Assembly (NCBI GenBank): GCA_020137815.1
Contig: CM035350.1
Span: forward strand, 9,672,001 to 9,736,000
Direction of reading: 5' to 3'
DNA from: Hormiphora californensis
Lineage: Eukaryota > Animalia > Ctenophora
DNA length: 64,000 nucleotides
Part shown: piece after piece, positions 39,959 through 59,700 of the stretch
Numbering within the stretch: the first letter of the stretch is position 1
Layout of the letters: every line of letters starts with the position of its first letter
The notes under the pieces: model-generated
Databases searched by the model: none
Told to the model about the DNA's origin: nothing
The model's input: the letters and a program-made list of their open reading frames with translations, nothing else
Made by a program: the position numbers and the translations under genes

Positions 39959-40638
39959 TTAATTGGCAGTTTGCCAGTGTACCAGTACGGAAGAGAAGAT
40001 ACCCACCCCCGCCCCTACAACCACATCAGACAAATGGTGCTGGTGGTCCAATAACCTACTGTAAGATATCCCAACGGCTACTAGTACACTACCAGCGTGG
40101 AGTAAGGAGCCTAAACGGAGTCTACACCGAGCTACATAGACCGATACACATCCCATTAGATAGCAGGCCATCATGGCGTGCCCAGAGAAGAAGGATTGAC
40201 AGTAGTAGTGATAGTCCATGTTAGTACAGCTGCTGCTCTCCTCCTCCCGGGCTTACACCCATCTAGAAAACAGGGACGCAACCTTCCAACCCTCAACTTA
40301 ACCACCCACAGGAACAGGCCACACCAGCATAACCCACTGGTGACATAGGGCAGGAAGGAGAAGATGCGACGAAGTGATGTGACTAGACATCCCCCCGTTC
40401 GCTCCATTTCGGCGGCTAACAGGACTACTCCCATAAAGGTGAAACAAAACTTGAATAGAGTCCGTGTTGTTATTGTTTCCAGGTTTACGTCAGGATACGA
40501 AATGTGATCTGTAGTAGTGTGCCGGTCATAACAAACATTGTAGTCACGTGACCGAACGGAAAAGTAGTCATAGAATGCACAAACGGTCGTGAAAAATAGC
40601 AGAGTTATCAGTAGGTAGAGTTTGTTAAACATATTCAT
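39959..40638 (-). CDS. PAP2-family lipid phosphate phosphatase (PLPP-like), intronless
   Basis: C1 KLRVGRLRP, C2 SFFSGH and C3 SRLLDHQHHLSDVVVG across two overlapping ORFs, with one frameshift near 40235. Confidence 0.85.
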
Positions 40639-41915
40639 ATGATCCTAAGATAATCGATTAAATATATTTCTGAACCATCTATTAGGCGACTGCCGATTGT
40701 CCCGGGTCCCCTATCCTGGTCGGCGGTGTGCCTACTTCAGCAGTATTTTCCTACACAGCGGGCACAGTGTGTCAAAAGTGTGCGCTGGAGCTGTTCTGCA
40801 CTGTGATTGGTCAAAACTGATCACGCTGTGTGCGACCTACACATTGCCAAGGACACGTCACGGTTGGCGTCAGGAATTTGCCCCAGACCCCACGCAGTGC
40901 AGGTCAAGGTAGAGCTGAGGCCTGAGCACTTTTCAAAGTCTGTTCGCATTTTGGCAAACGCTGCTGAACCTAATGAATTAGACAGCACCTTTCAAGTTCT
41001 CAAACAAAGGGCGCAAACGGAACGTGCACACTTTCAAAAAAGTTTATTCACTAAAATGGCTCTAACCGCCAAACCACTTAACCGTGTTGGCTGATTCAAA
41101 GTTTATCTGGTAGGAAATGTCAAGGCCTAACCCCAACCCAAACTCAAACCCTAACCATAACCCTACTTTAGCCCAAGCGCTAAAAACCGATTGTCACACG
41201 CACCAAACACCTAGATTTTAAGGCTGGCCAAAGAAACGACGGCGCGGGATGTTCCGATCAGGTTTTCAGAAGCGCGCGGCGCGGCATAAAAATATGTTTC
41301 GAAATTTTTCGCGCCATACTTTATTTGCGTCGTTTTGTCCCGCGCGTTTTTAAGAGATCGAGTAGCAAATCCGAAAAATCGGCCTTGCGGGGACATTTTC
41401 AAAATGCGTCGCGGGGGCCCGCCCTTTTTCAAGATTTCTGTTTTCTGATTTTTTCAGTTCGCGAGACCCGATCTGTTCTCTGGCATGTGCTAGATAGCCG
41501 TGTGCCCCGCAACCAGGGGCTTGTACCGCATCTAAAGGCAGCCATTACTACTTGCTAGGCTTTGTTTTCTACTTTAACTTTTAATAGAGAGCAAAGCTTT
41601 AAGTCTAAAAGACCATGAACGCTCATTGCTCCTCGCGCCACGCCCATTATCATGGCCTTGTTTTGCGAAATTTGTAGCGTTTATTAGGAATTCCTTGTCT
41701 GTGTAAGACTGTGCAATATAAATACCCAATGCTTCCCACGACAAGACTTCCTTAATCCCAGGATCATAATCCCCAACTCCCAAGGCCCCTATATTTGCAT
41801 GAGTTTCTTGCCACTTTATCTCTGACAACTTTGACTCCCTGCTGTTTGCGAAGTTAGGGCCACGTGTGAGTATATGACATTGCTGAGAAGAATATTACCC
41901 ACTCTGTGCACTAGA

Positions 41916-48558
<6,643 letters not shown>

Positions 48559-48924
48559 GTAGTGTTGAAACAAGACTATATGTTGACGAAGCTCACCAGT
48601 CACACTCACATACATTCACACAGACAGAGAGAGTGTTGTGTGTTTTATGAAAAGAGAAACCCTGCTCAATTTATTCTCTATATATAATTGTTTGAAAGCG
48701 TTTACCCAATGTTGATTCTTCTATTTGACAGCAAAACTTTCTGTTATATTACGTGTTTGAAGTTTTTGTCCAAACGGTTCGGGGTTCCTGGAAAATTGGG
48801 GTACGGTAGAAACTCCTCTGCCAACTTGATCACTTTGTGCTTGTAGGCAACGGGGACATGTCTAGTTTACGCTCTGACCACTGCCAGACAGAGTCTTCCA
48901 ATCCGCTGTTTCGTGACGACCCCT

Positions 48925-49104
48925 CTTCAGTTCTTTCCTCTGATGTGAAAGTGGAGAAGGGTCCGGTGTCGGGTGTATTACAGGTACAAACTGTCTGGAG
49001 ATGTAGCTCCTATCTGAGCGTGTGGGCAGAGCGACATCTCCAGACAGGTTGTACCTGTACACACCGGACCCTTCTTCACTTTCACATCAGAGGAAAGAAC
49101 TAAG
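48925..49104. repeat. ~180-bp inverted repeat (hairpin) between convergent 3' ends
   Basis: AGTTCTTTCCTCTGATGTGAAAGTGGAGAAGGGTCCGGTGT pairs with ACACCGGACCCTTCTTCACTTTCACATCAGAGGAAAGAACT. Inner arms CTGTCTGGAGATGT / ACATCTCCAGACAG. Confidence 0.85.
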
Positions 49105-49311
49105 GAGTTGTGTTACAGCTCATGCCAGCACCCAATTTTCGGCAAGGGGTCGTGTACACTTGTATCACACAGCCCCGTCTGGCGCCACCAGACCCCGTTT
49201 TGATTCTCAACGTAGTGCGCTCAGATCGGGTTGGCGCCGCCAGACATGACAGCTGTACAGCCCGATCAAATCCCAGGGCAACCCCGTATATCTCAAAGTG
49301 AAAGACAGCAG

Positions 49312-51958
49312 CTAAAGGGCTAACAATAAAATTAAAACAGTAGTAAACATTATCACAAACATCCCACAGTTCATTAGTCCCATTACATCACTAGACCCAG
49401 CAGTACTAGCACCCTCCTGGTAGGTACAGGTTGGTAGGTCATAGCTCCACTGGCTTGCCCCCGAACAGGTCACGGTACTATACCCGGACAAGGTGTACCC
49501 GCTGTTACACCTAAACTTTACGATGTCCCCGGCTTGAAAGGGTGGCTCTCCGTCCGTTCCTGTCCGCACTGTGTCAGTTGTTCCCTTGCTAACACTAAAC
49601 CTGATATCCTCACAACCAGCTGGGGGGGGAGGGAATGTTAGTGAGGCCAGGGAGGGAGGAAATGTTAGTGAGCTGGGGGGGAGGGAATGTTAGTGAGCTG
49701 GGAGGGAGGAAATGTTAGTGAGCTGGGAGGGAGGGAATGTTAGTGAGGCCAGGGAGGGAGGGAATGTTAGTGAGCTGGGAGGGAGGGAATGTTAGTGAGC
49801 TGGGAGGGAGGAAATGTTAGTGAGCTGGGAGGGAGGGAATGTTAGTGAGCTGGGAGGGAGGAAATGTTAGTGAGCTGGGAGGGAGGGAATGTTAGTGAGC
49901 TGGGAGGGAGGGAATGTTGGTGAGCTGGGAGGGAGGGAATGTTAGTGAGCTGGGAGGGAGGGAATGTTAGTGAGCTGGGAGGGAGGGAATGTTGGTGAGC
50001 TGGGAGGGAGGGAATGTTAGTGAGCTGGGAGGGAGGGAATGTTAGTGAGCTGGGAGGGAGGAAATGTTAGTGAGCTGGGAGGGAGGAAATGTTAGTGAGC
50101 TGGGAGGGAGGAAATGTTAGTGAGCTGGGAGGGAGGGAATGTTAGTGAGCTGGGAGGGAGGGAATGTTAGTGAGCTGGGAGGGAGGGAATGTTAGTGAGC
50201 TGGGAGGGAGGGAATGTTAGTGAGCTGGGATCAGGGAGGAAATGTTACTGTTAGTGTTGGGTTCCTGGCCAGGGAGGAAATGTTAGTGTTGGGGCCCCGG
50301 ACAGGGAGGAAATGTTAGTGTTGGGGCCAGGGAGGGGACGTTAAATTTGTTTTTCTAGAACTTGAATCCTAGATTTGCCAGTCCCTAACCTTCATAAGGA
50401 ACTGTATGAATACTCACGCATGCATTTGATAAGCTGATCGGGGCTGGAATCCCATCCTGATAGGTGGGTACAGGATATTGTTGCCTTACCTCCATCCCCC
50501 ACAGCTTGAGCATATCCCAGGTTACACTTTACTGACACCTGCAAGTCGGGTTATGTTTGTGAACATGTGAACAACTTAACTTGATGCAATTATAGTGTGA
50601 ACAACTTGATGATGGTCAAAAGTATGAAGGAAAGAGCCACTTGTACTCACCGCTACGTTAGAGTGTCGGACTGGGGCTGAGTAGGGCTCCTGCGTGGCAG
50701 TCTGGGGCGGATAGACGGCCAATCTCTCTGTTTCTAACAGTCGAGAACAACCCGCTGAAATGTAGAAATGGGAATCATAATACGACACATTATAGTAATC
50801 AAATGTTTTCTTGACAGTCTTCATGAGTGTTCACTTAGGCCAAGGGGTGTCCACTATTAGGGGTTGCCAAGTCGGAATGAATCGCTAGGAATCATGTTAA
50901 ATTCATTGGGTAATGTACAATGTATACTGTATACATTATACATTCTTTCGTGTACAGTGTACACAATATTACATGCGTGTACACTGTAACTTACGTCTAC
51001 AGTAAAAATCGAAGTAGTTATCGACAGAAGTTGTTTTGCCATCTGTCTCTGTGGTGATTGTTTCATAGAAGATGTTTGGGTAAATGGAACTGGAATCACA
51101 GGTTGCTGTTATCGTCCCCCACGTGTCCAGGTAGGTCAGGTTCACACCTGTGGGATCGATTTAGGTAAATTGGGGGGGTATAGAAATGGTGTGATCAGCT
51201 TGTTTTTTGATCTCGAGCTTGGCCTTGGACATTATTTCCCTAGAACTAGAAGTAGCAAACTGTACCTGTTACGCCTCGTATCTCGTTGGTGAATGTGTAC
51301 GCTTCTTGGGAGCACATCACCTCAATAGTACTCTGACTCTGCAGCTCGGTTGGCGCATCTGGGTTGTTATTGGGGTTCCATGTCGCGGTTGAAAACTGAC
51401 GTGAGGGGAAGTGAGTTAGAAAATACAGGAGAGAGAATCTGGATACGGGGGGTTTGGATTAGAAATGGGAGGGGAGGAAACTAAGGGTTTTGCCTGGTGG
51501 GGGAATTATAGGGTTGCAACCAGGGTCTGGGGTTAGGACTGGTACTATACTAGGAGGGGGAACTGTGTGTAGAAGTAGTCAGTAGAACTGTGGTTAGAAG
51601 TAGAACTGGCACTGATGCAGGAGTGAAAATTGGGGAGGTAGGTAGAACTTTGAAACTTCAGTTTGTGTTAGAACTGAGTGAAATTGGAGGAGAGAGACAA
51701 ACAAGGGATCCCACACTCAGCACGTGGGTAAAGTTTATATTAGAGGGAGAGTAGCTGTCAGAACATTGGCCTGACAGGGGATCAGAGTTGGGATCGGAAA
51801 ACAAACAACACGTGTACATTGTTATGTTCTAACCCTCCCTTTACACACAGTCTAGCCAGGCAACGTGTACATACCTTGAGGTTTCTAGCCTCTACTTTTA
51901 GCTTATTGAGACTACAAGATGGGAGGGTTGATCTAACTAAAAGGAGGAGCAACAACAT
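49312..51958 (-). CDS. Sushi/CCP-domain cell-surface protein, probably GPI-anchored
   Basis: Last exon 49619-49312 has GCEDI...FQAGDIVKFRCNSGYTLSGYSTVTCSGASQWSYDLPTC and a hydrophobic C-terminus with no tail. A second Sushi lies in exons ~50755-50651 and ~50537-50418, further exons at ~51395-50995, and a signal-peptide-like exon at 51958-51875. The 5' part is tentative. Confidence 0.65.
49620..50330 (-). repeat. 25-bp minisatellite (CTCACTAACATTYCCTCCCTCCCAG)n, ~24 copies plus degenerate ones
   Basis: GAGCTGGGAGGGAGGRAATGTTAGT tandem on +, abutting the acceptor of the last Sushi exon. Confidence 0.95.
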
Positions 51959-53053
51959 TTCACACACTTCCTCACAAATAACACATCTCTTGAGGGGCCT
52001 CTGTATACCTCTCCCAGGGGGGGGGGCAGCCAGTCATTACATCCGCGTGTAAACTTGTAGAGTATAACAGCTCTAAATGGTGCGTCCCCTGCTGCCCAGG
52101 ATACAAACTGATGTACTACATCATGTAGGGGATAGATCGTGCTCGCTGAGGTGATGTGAGGGGTGAAACTAAATTAAGGGAGGTCAGATAGAGTTTCTGT
52201 GAAAAATCACTGGTATGGAGTTCCCCTAATTTTGTGGAGAGGGGATAAAGAAGGAGGGAGAGGGGATAAAGAGAGAGAGAGAGAGAGAAATTTAGGGGGA
52301 CTCCAGTTAGACACCTAGAAAACAAGTTGGCTAGCAAATTCAACAAAATATAAACGGGTTAAAAGCTAGTTATATATCGCTCTCTGTCTCTCTCACAGTG
52401 TGTATAAACATCTCTCTCCCATGCTGATAGTGATATATGAAGTATGAACGTTTGTAGACTGGCGCGTTATGAAGTTGGCTGTTCCCAGCGCGAGCTGGGG
52501 ACAGCCAACTGGAGTTTAATCGCCCGGCAGGGCGATTAAACTGGTTTAAATCCCGACTCCGATCCCGAGGCGCCAGCCGAGGGTGAGGGGGAGGTGATTT
52601 AAACCTATAACGCGATAGGCTAACAAACGTTCATATTTTATGAAACCCGATAGTAATTACACACAAATAAGAGACACAACACAAGGTGAAACACACTAGA
52701 ACTGCTGGTAAATAGTCAACAGATACCCTGAAAATGTGTGTAGACTTAGTGTCTACTGTTCCTAACATGTTTGAGAAAGAGAGAGAAAGATTAGGGGCAA
52801 TACACACTGTCAGAGGTAATGAACAGTAAAAGAGACAATGAGAGAGAGAAATGAATGGAATGTGATTCTTTTCACTCCTTATGAGAGAGATAACATTGAA
52901 ACGTGTTGCAGACATGTTTCCCCTTTCTTTTGTTGACAGAACTGTGTGTTTACACACATTTTCAATACTTAGAATTTTACACGCATGTTATTCAAATGAA
53001 GAGAAACGCGTGAAAAAGGGAACTGGTCTGTCAAACTGCGAGGAGGGTGTTAA

Positions 53054-53522
53054 AGTGAGAGTGGACCGAATCAGAATCAGACAAGTTTGTTGTAGGTAGT
53101 AGAGATTAGCTTTCTGAGCATTTTGCGTTTTTGCCGCTCAAAATCGACCCACCCATCACTGAGATATTTTTGTTATGTTGGGAGAACTCCTGTTTAATCA
53201 GTATATATAAAACAGAAAAGAAACAATCGTGGTGTTTTACTAACACATTCTGAATATAAGCAGTGAGGTTGACATGTCCATGCACAGAAGCAGGGCAATG
53301 CAAGCCAGCATATTCAAAATTTAAAGAATGTGTTAGTAAAACACAAGGATTGTTTCTATCCTGTTTGATAAATGTTGATCCAGCAGGAATTCTCCCAACA
53401 TAACAAAGATATCTCAGTGATGGGTGGGTCGATTTTGAGCGGCAAAAACGCAAAATGCTCAGAAAGCTAATCTCTACTACCTACAACAATTTTATCCAAT
53501 TCTGATTCGGTCCACTCTCACT
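53054..53522. mobile_element. Palindromic Kolobok-like MITE (same family as 37179-37647, inverted)
   Basis: TTAA-AGTGAGAGTGGACCGAATCAGAAT ... ATTCTGATTCGGTCCACTCTCACT-TTAA. Confidence 0.88.
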
Positions 53523-53722
53523 TTAAATCTCCCAGCTGGCGGTTATCATGTGCGCGCAAATTCTTCAAACGACTGATAAATCTGCTATCGGGTTTCATAG
53601 TGATTTGATATGTATAAACTTTACAGTGGTCACAGGGTATATGTATAAAAGAATGTATATGTATATGTATAAAAGAATGTATATATAAAGATTAAAATAT
53701 GTATAAACCAGTCTTTGAACTA

Positions 53723-56700
53723 CTAAAGTTTGTGGCTGAATTTGAAGACACTATTGTCAGGAACTGCCCCATCACAGAATCCCATGTTAGTTGTTGAGAT
53801 GGTATGTTCCCTTGTGACGGGCCGATCCTGCAACTCTACCGTCTCGATACATCCCTCAAATCCATCTCCCACCCTGCTCCCCAGTTCAACCTGTCCGCCT
53901 GAGAGGTTGAGGGTGGCGCTGGTGCCCGGGGACACTCCCTCCGTGACCCACCTGTCCACCATGAGCTTACTGTACTGTCCGGACAGCCTGACATTAACAA
54001 AATGCCACTTTCCATCAGTTATCCGTTTGACCGATCGAACCACCACCTCCCCCCCTCCCAGGTCATACACCAGCTGGATCCTACCTCGGACTAGCTCTAA
54101 CCGGACAAAATCAGACATGCCATCCTCGCTCTGGACGGTCCTAGCGATGACACCATCCGTTGAGGTGGCCCTGATCACAATACCCAGGGCGAACCGGGTG
54201 GTAGAGTTGTAGGGGGATTCAACTCGAATGCTGGTATCAGCGGCAAATCGGGGAGTTTCACGGTTCCATAGGTCCTGGCAGGTGACACCAGCAAAGGGCG
54301 GGCTACACTCGCAGACCTGTTGCCGGGGCCCCACACTAACACAGGGGAACTGGCCACATGAGGGATTATCTGAGCAGGCGTCCAGGACGCATTCCCCAAG
54401 TTGGGCTGATATAGTGGTGTAGTTGGCGGGTAGACCGTCCATGATGATGTCTGTCATGCAGCCCTGATAGTTCCTACTGCCCAGGACCACCTCTTCTATT
54501 GGTCGGGTGATGGCCACGGCCATGGTGTCACCTGTGACAGTGCTGACGTAGAGGTAGTCATCCCGGAACAGGATGGTCAGATCAACCCAGGGAGAGGAGG
54601 TGATGTCTACTTGAATTTCTTCCGTGGCAGTGGAGCCTGATACCGTCACAATACCAGAAACACTTACAGTGATCTTGGCCTCACTCCGACCCCGGGTAAG
54701 GCCCTTTAGAACGACACCCTCGCCCCGTACTGCAAGTGTCAGTTGATTGGGCACCTCCAGGGTGAGGTAATCACCCTCCTGGAACATGGGGCTGGGTGTT
54801 CCCGGAATCTGGGAACAGTGAGGGCCAGTGCGGTTAAAGTGACACCTACACACACCCACATCGTGACAGAACCCAGACCAGGCCGACCCACATGGGGAAC
54901 CGTCACCGCTGGTGCAGGAGTTCTCTCTCACTTCGAGTCCTTCCTCTATGGTCTTCCCGGAAATTGTGGCTTGGACGGAATCACTAGCGGTCGAGGAGAG
55001 ATAGTAGGATCCCGAACCTCCAAGCTGGAGACTGGCTACGTTTCTCGCAGGAAGGGTAAAAGTGGGGAATCCCCCGATCTTGACGGTCATTTCACTCCTC
55101 GTTAGCTCTAGGGTGACTGTATACCAACGTGCCAAGACAACATTAACACTGTATTTAAACACGGGTAGCCCCTTGTTCTCAAACCCTCCCTCCATGAGGG
55201 ACAAGGAGATGGAACCTAGACTGCTGAAGATCACCCCAACTTTCTCTGCCCTCCATCTGAAGGTGTACCGGGATGTGGTTATAGGTACCTCTAGGTAGGA
55301 GCCATCAATGAGTCGTGGAGCGACTAGGACATCCTTACACAGAGGACCAGTGTAGGGATAGGGACAGACACAACTGACCTTACCGGACTCAACTAGAACA
55401 CATGGACCACCCTGGGAACATGGGTTACTCTCACATTGTGTAACCCTTACCCCGCATCCCTCCCCCATCCACCCCTCCAGACAAACACAATCTCCTGCCT
55501 CATTCTCAGTGCATGTCCCACCAGCCACACAGTCCCTACACCCACTCACTACCTCCTCGCACCTCTCCCCCGTGTAATCCACAGGACAGAGACACCCAAA
55601 TCCACCGATAGTGTTCTGACAGATACCCCCGTTCTGACAAACATCCTCAGCCGTACTGCACTCGTCCACATCTCGATCACAGAACATGCCAGTCCAGCCC
55701 GTTGGACAAGAACAATTGTACCCCGCAACTCCATCCACACATTGTGCCCCGTTCTGGCATCTGTTCCACACACACTCATCTGTGTTGACGGTACAGTTGA
55801 TCCCCTCGAATCCAGGGGGACAGACACAGTAGTAGTCAATACCGTAATTGTGGCAGGGATGCCCCGTTTTGACAGGGATCGGGGGAACACTTGTCCAGCC
55901 GATCCTCACAATTCTCCCCGTCCCACAGGGCATCACAGAGGCACGTGTAATCAGAGACTCCATCCAGACAGAGCCCATTGCCATTACACGGGTCTGGGTT
56001 ACAGTCATCCTATTCAGCTGGCAGTGGCTCCCCTTCAAACCCTTCCAAACAGTCACAGGAGAAGGATCCTGGGATGTTAACACACCTCCCAAACCCTGAA
56101 CAAACACCCTGAACACCCTGAACACCCTGAACACCCTCCTCCTCAATACACTCGTCTATATCTCTGTCACAGAGGGGTCCGCTCCATCCAGCTCCACATG
56201 CACACGTGTAGTGTGTGGAGTTAGTGTCTACACAGGCACCTCCATTCTGACACATGGCGGTATCACACGGCCTCATCTCACAATAATGTCCACCTGAAGG
56301 GTGGGATGCAGGTACACTGGAAGTGTCCCAGGGCCGCAACACTCTGGCACGTTCCCCCGTTAAAACAGGGATCTCCCTCGCACAGATCCACCTCCTCCTC
56401 ACACGTCCCCCCGGAATACCCCGCACTGCACAGACAGAAGAAGCTCCTGTCATCGTCCACTGGGATACACGTGGCATTATTGAGGCACGGCTGAGAGATA
56501 CACCCATCCACCACCATCTCACATAACGGCCCAGTGAACCCCTCCCCACACTCACACTCCACCTCTCCCTCACTAGTCTCACTACACTCCCCACCGTTTA
56601 GACATGCCCCAGGCTGATCACAGGCACCCCCACACTCCTGCCCTTCCGCACAGAGGCACTCGTAGCCCTGATCAGTCTCCAAACACAGTGTTAGATCCCC

Positions 56701-59700
56701 GTTACAAGGGTTGAGTAACTCACACATAGCCTTCACTCCACACTCCTCCCCCCGGTACCCGGGTGGGCAGGGCTTGCAGAGGTACTCAGTGCCGTTAACG
56801 GAGAAGCACGTGCTGGTTTCGTTACACGGTTTACCCACACACATGTCTGTTAAAGGTTGCAATACCGACCAGTGTAACCCAGAGCACACTCACACACAGC
56901 CCCCTGATCTCCTGCCTCTCTACACAGCCCATTGTTCAAGCAGGGGTTATTGAAGCAGACTGGGATGAGGACGTCACTACTAATGTTCCCTGACAGGTAA
57001 ACTGGGCTTGATGTTGTGTTGATGAGGAGTCCGTTAAAGGGTTCCCCCTCCCAGCCCAACTGCCACAAGGGTCCCGCGTTGGAGGTCGAAGTGGTCAGGT
57101 TAGGGTACCCTGCTATCTCGACTGTTAATCGCTCTGGCTTCACTTTCCTCTTCCTAGTCGGTCTCGGTTGTCTTGTTTTAGTGACGGACAACTCGAGGAA
57201 CTTGCTAGCCAGTTTCTCCGACAGGATCTCGTCACCATTCTGAGAGACTACCATACCGTTATCTACCCAGACTTTGTGGGTGTTGTCAAGGTAAACTAAT
57301 CCGGTATCAGATGTTACCTGTAGGGACACCGTCCCCGGATCCATGAACTGTAACCCTCCCCTCAGACAGGCTCATGGGTAACCTGAACTGGGTCATATTG
57401 TCGCAGTTCTCTCCAGTGACCAGCTCATTGTGGCACTCACACGTATCTGCATCTACACAAACCCCGAGTTGGCACGAATCCTTACACCCGATATCATGCC
57501 CAGCGGGTCCTATTGCAGCACTGAGGGGAGAGGAAGGGAGTTGCATGCCGGGGGAAGCTAGCATGTATCCAGCGAATTTACCACCACCAAGTTTTATAGG
57601 TTCATCTCCGTCAGGGGATAATCTGGGAATACCCCGTGTCAAGAAAGCAGAGCCCTGGATATTAGAGATGGTGATACTAAAGGGTGATCCAGCCGAGGAG
57701 GGGGTATCTTGAACACTCAGTTTAACCCATGTCTCAGTTAAATTTCCAGTTACTAACAGCTCACCATTCACTGTCAACTGACCCTCCACCAAGTTGACAT
57801 GTAGGTCAGGGTGGCAGACAATCTCACCGGTAGGGAAGGTTGGGTGGAATGTTAGAGAGAAGGGAACGGTTCCCATGGTTACCCCTGACTTCTTAGCACC
57901 GTTAAACCGTATTGCTGCAGCACCAAGGGCCCCCGTCCAAGCCTCTGTTGTCGCCGGCGAGAAGAGACATGTACCGTTATTTGGGCCATCACAGGAGAGC
58001 CTGGTGGCGGTGTGTGATGGTGACATATTGGTTCCTGTAAACTGATTATAACTGGCAGGTAGCTCTCCTATCACAAGAGGGACTATCTCCCCGAAGAAAC
58101 CGGGTACGGTGGAGGTGTCACTGTCACCCAGGATCACCCTAGCAACTGAAATGTCGTTAGGTAGGGGGAATTGGTGGGTGGTGGTGTTGACGACCACTGT
58201 CAGTATTTCCACGAATCCTATCATCTCAATCTGGGTCCATTGTTCCAGGGGGATGGAACCAAGGGGTCTCACCCACTCACCACATGCTAGGAACAGTTTA
58301 GAGTCCAGGTAGATAGAGCACGATGTCCCTTCATCCATGAACCACTCCATGATGAACCCCCGGGGGTACCACGGCCTAACTGTTACCATGACCCTCTCCA
58401 AACCAGTGACCTCGGTTGTCATGGCAACTAACCTGCTATCTGCCTTGAACATGGCAACCTGAATTGTCTCACTGCAGTCCTCCCCATCACTAGGCCAGGA
58501 ACACACGCACTCAGGACCACTGGAGGTATCCCGGCAAATGGAAGATGAGGGACATTCAGTAGTCTGACAGGTTGCCAAGCCTTCCTCGCACAACTCACCC
58601 CGGTAACCAGGGAGACACTGACAGAACCGTCCCACTGAAACTCCCCCGTTTTGGCACTCAACTGCTGGTTCGGGGTCAGCACACTCCGTGAACCCCTCGC
58701 CCACTGCATTGGTGAGTAACGCAGAACCAGACTGATCAACTAGACACCCTGTAAACGCAGTGTCAGTACTTCTCCTGTACCTCCTATTGACGGTTGCCAG
58801 GGAACCAAGATACGCATCCCCACTGGCTCCTACTGTTTCAACTTCGTTAGAGAAGACGTGGACCTCGGTGACACCATTAACAGTCAGCTCCAGGTAGTGT
58901 TTAGTTAGGGTGATACTGACGGAGGGGTAGGTAGATATAACGGGTGATGTCAGGGTGATGCCATCTCCAAGTTTCACCACCAAGTTTTGTCCCGTGCTTC
59001 CAACGTATAGAGTCAGGTCTCCAAGTGCTGTTTTTTGGCTATATATTATCGAAGGCAAGTGATTCTCAGGGAGTTTCACCCCAAATTTCAAGTTCACTGA
59101 GTCTCCGGTTGAGACGCCAATACGAGCCTTACTGGTGGGAGTGAATTGGAGTACTCTCACCTTCTCCTGACACGTATCACCCACATAAGGTAGAGGACAG
59201 GTGCAGGAGTAACCTGTTGTTGTGTTGGTACAGGTACCCCCATTCTGACACAACCCCTCCCTGCACTCCTCAATGAGACAGGTGTCACCACGGTAACCAT
59301 GGTGACAGGAACACTCTCCACTCTCCAAACAGGTGCCGTTGTGGCAGTCAACAGCAGCACACGCCTCGGGTGCCACGGTGCAGTTCACACCGCTGTATCC
59401 CTGGAGACAGAAACAGAAGTACGCGTAAGGTGACATGTTTACACATTGGGCGCTGTTCAAACATGGTGCAGCATCACAGGGTGTTACCTCCCGTTCACAG
59501 GTGTCACCTGTGTACCCCGTGGGACAGGTGCAGGTGAATCCTCCCGGCGTGTTGGTACAGTTACCTCCATTCTCACAAGGATGAGGGGACTGATCTCCCA
59601 CCATGGCACATTCGTTAACATCAGTCTCACAGTTCCGCCCGGTGAACCTGCCGTCACACTGACAGGTGTAGGTATTGTAACCGTCAACACAGGTAGTCCC

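Noticed and set aside
41574-41828. 84-aa minus-strand ORF with an upstream acceptor-like site
   Set aside because: No recognisable domain, no ATG start, and no partner exon could be identified.
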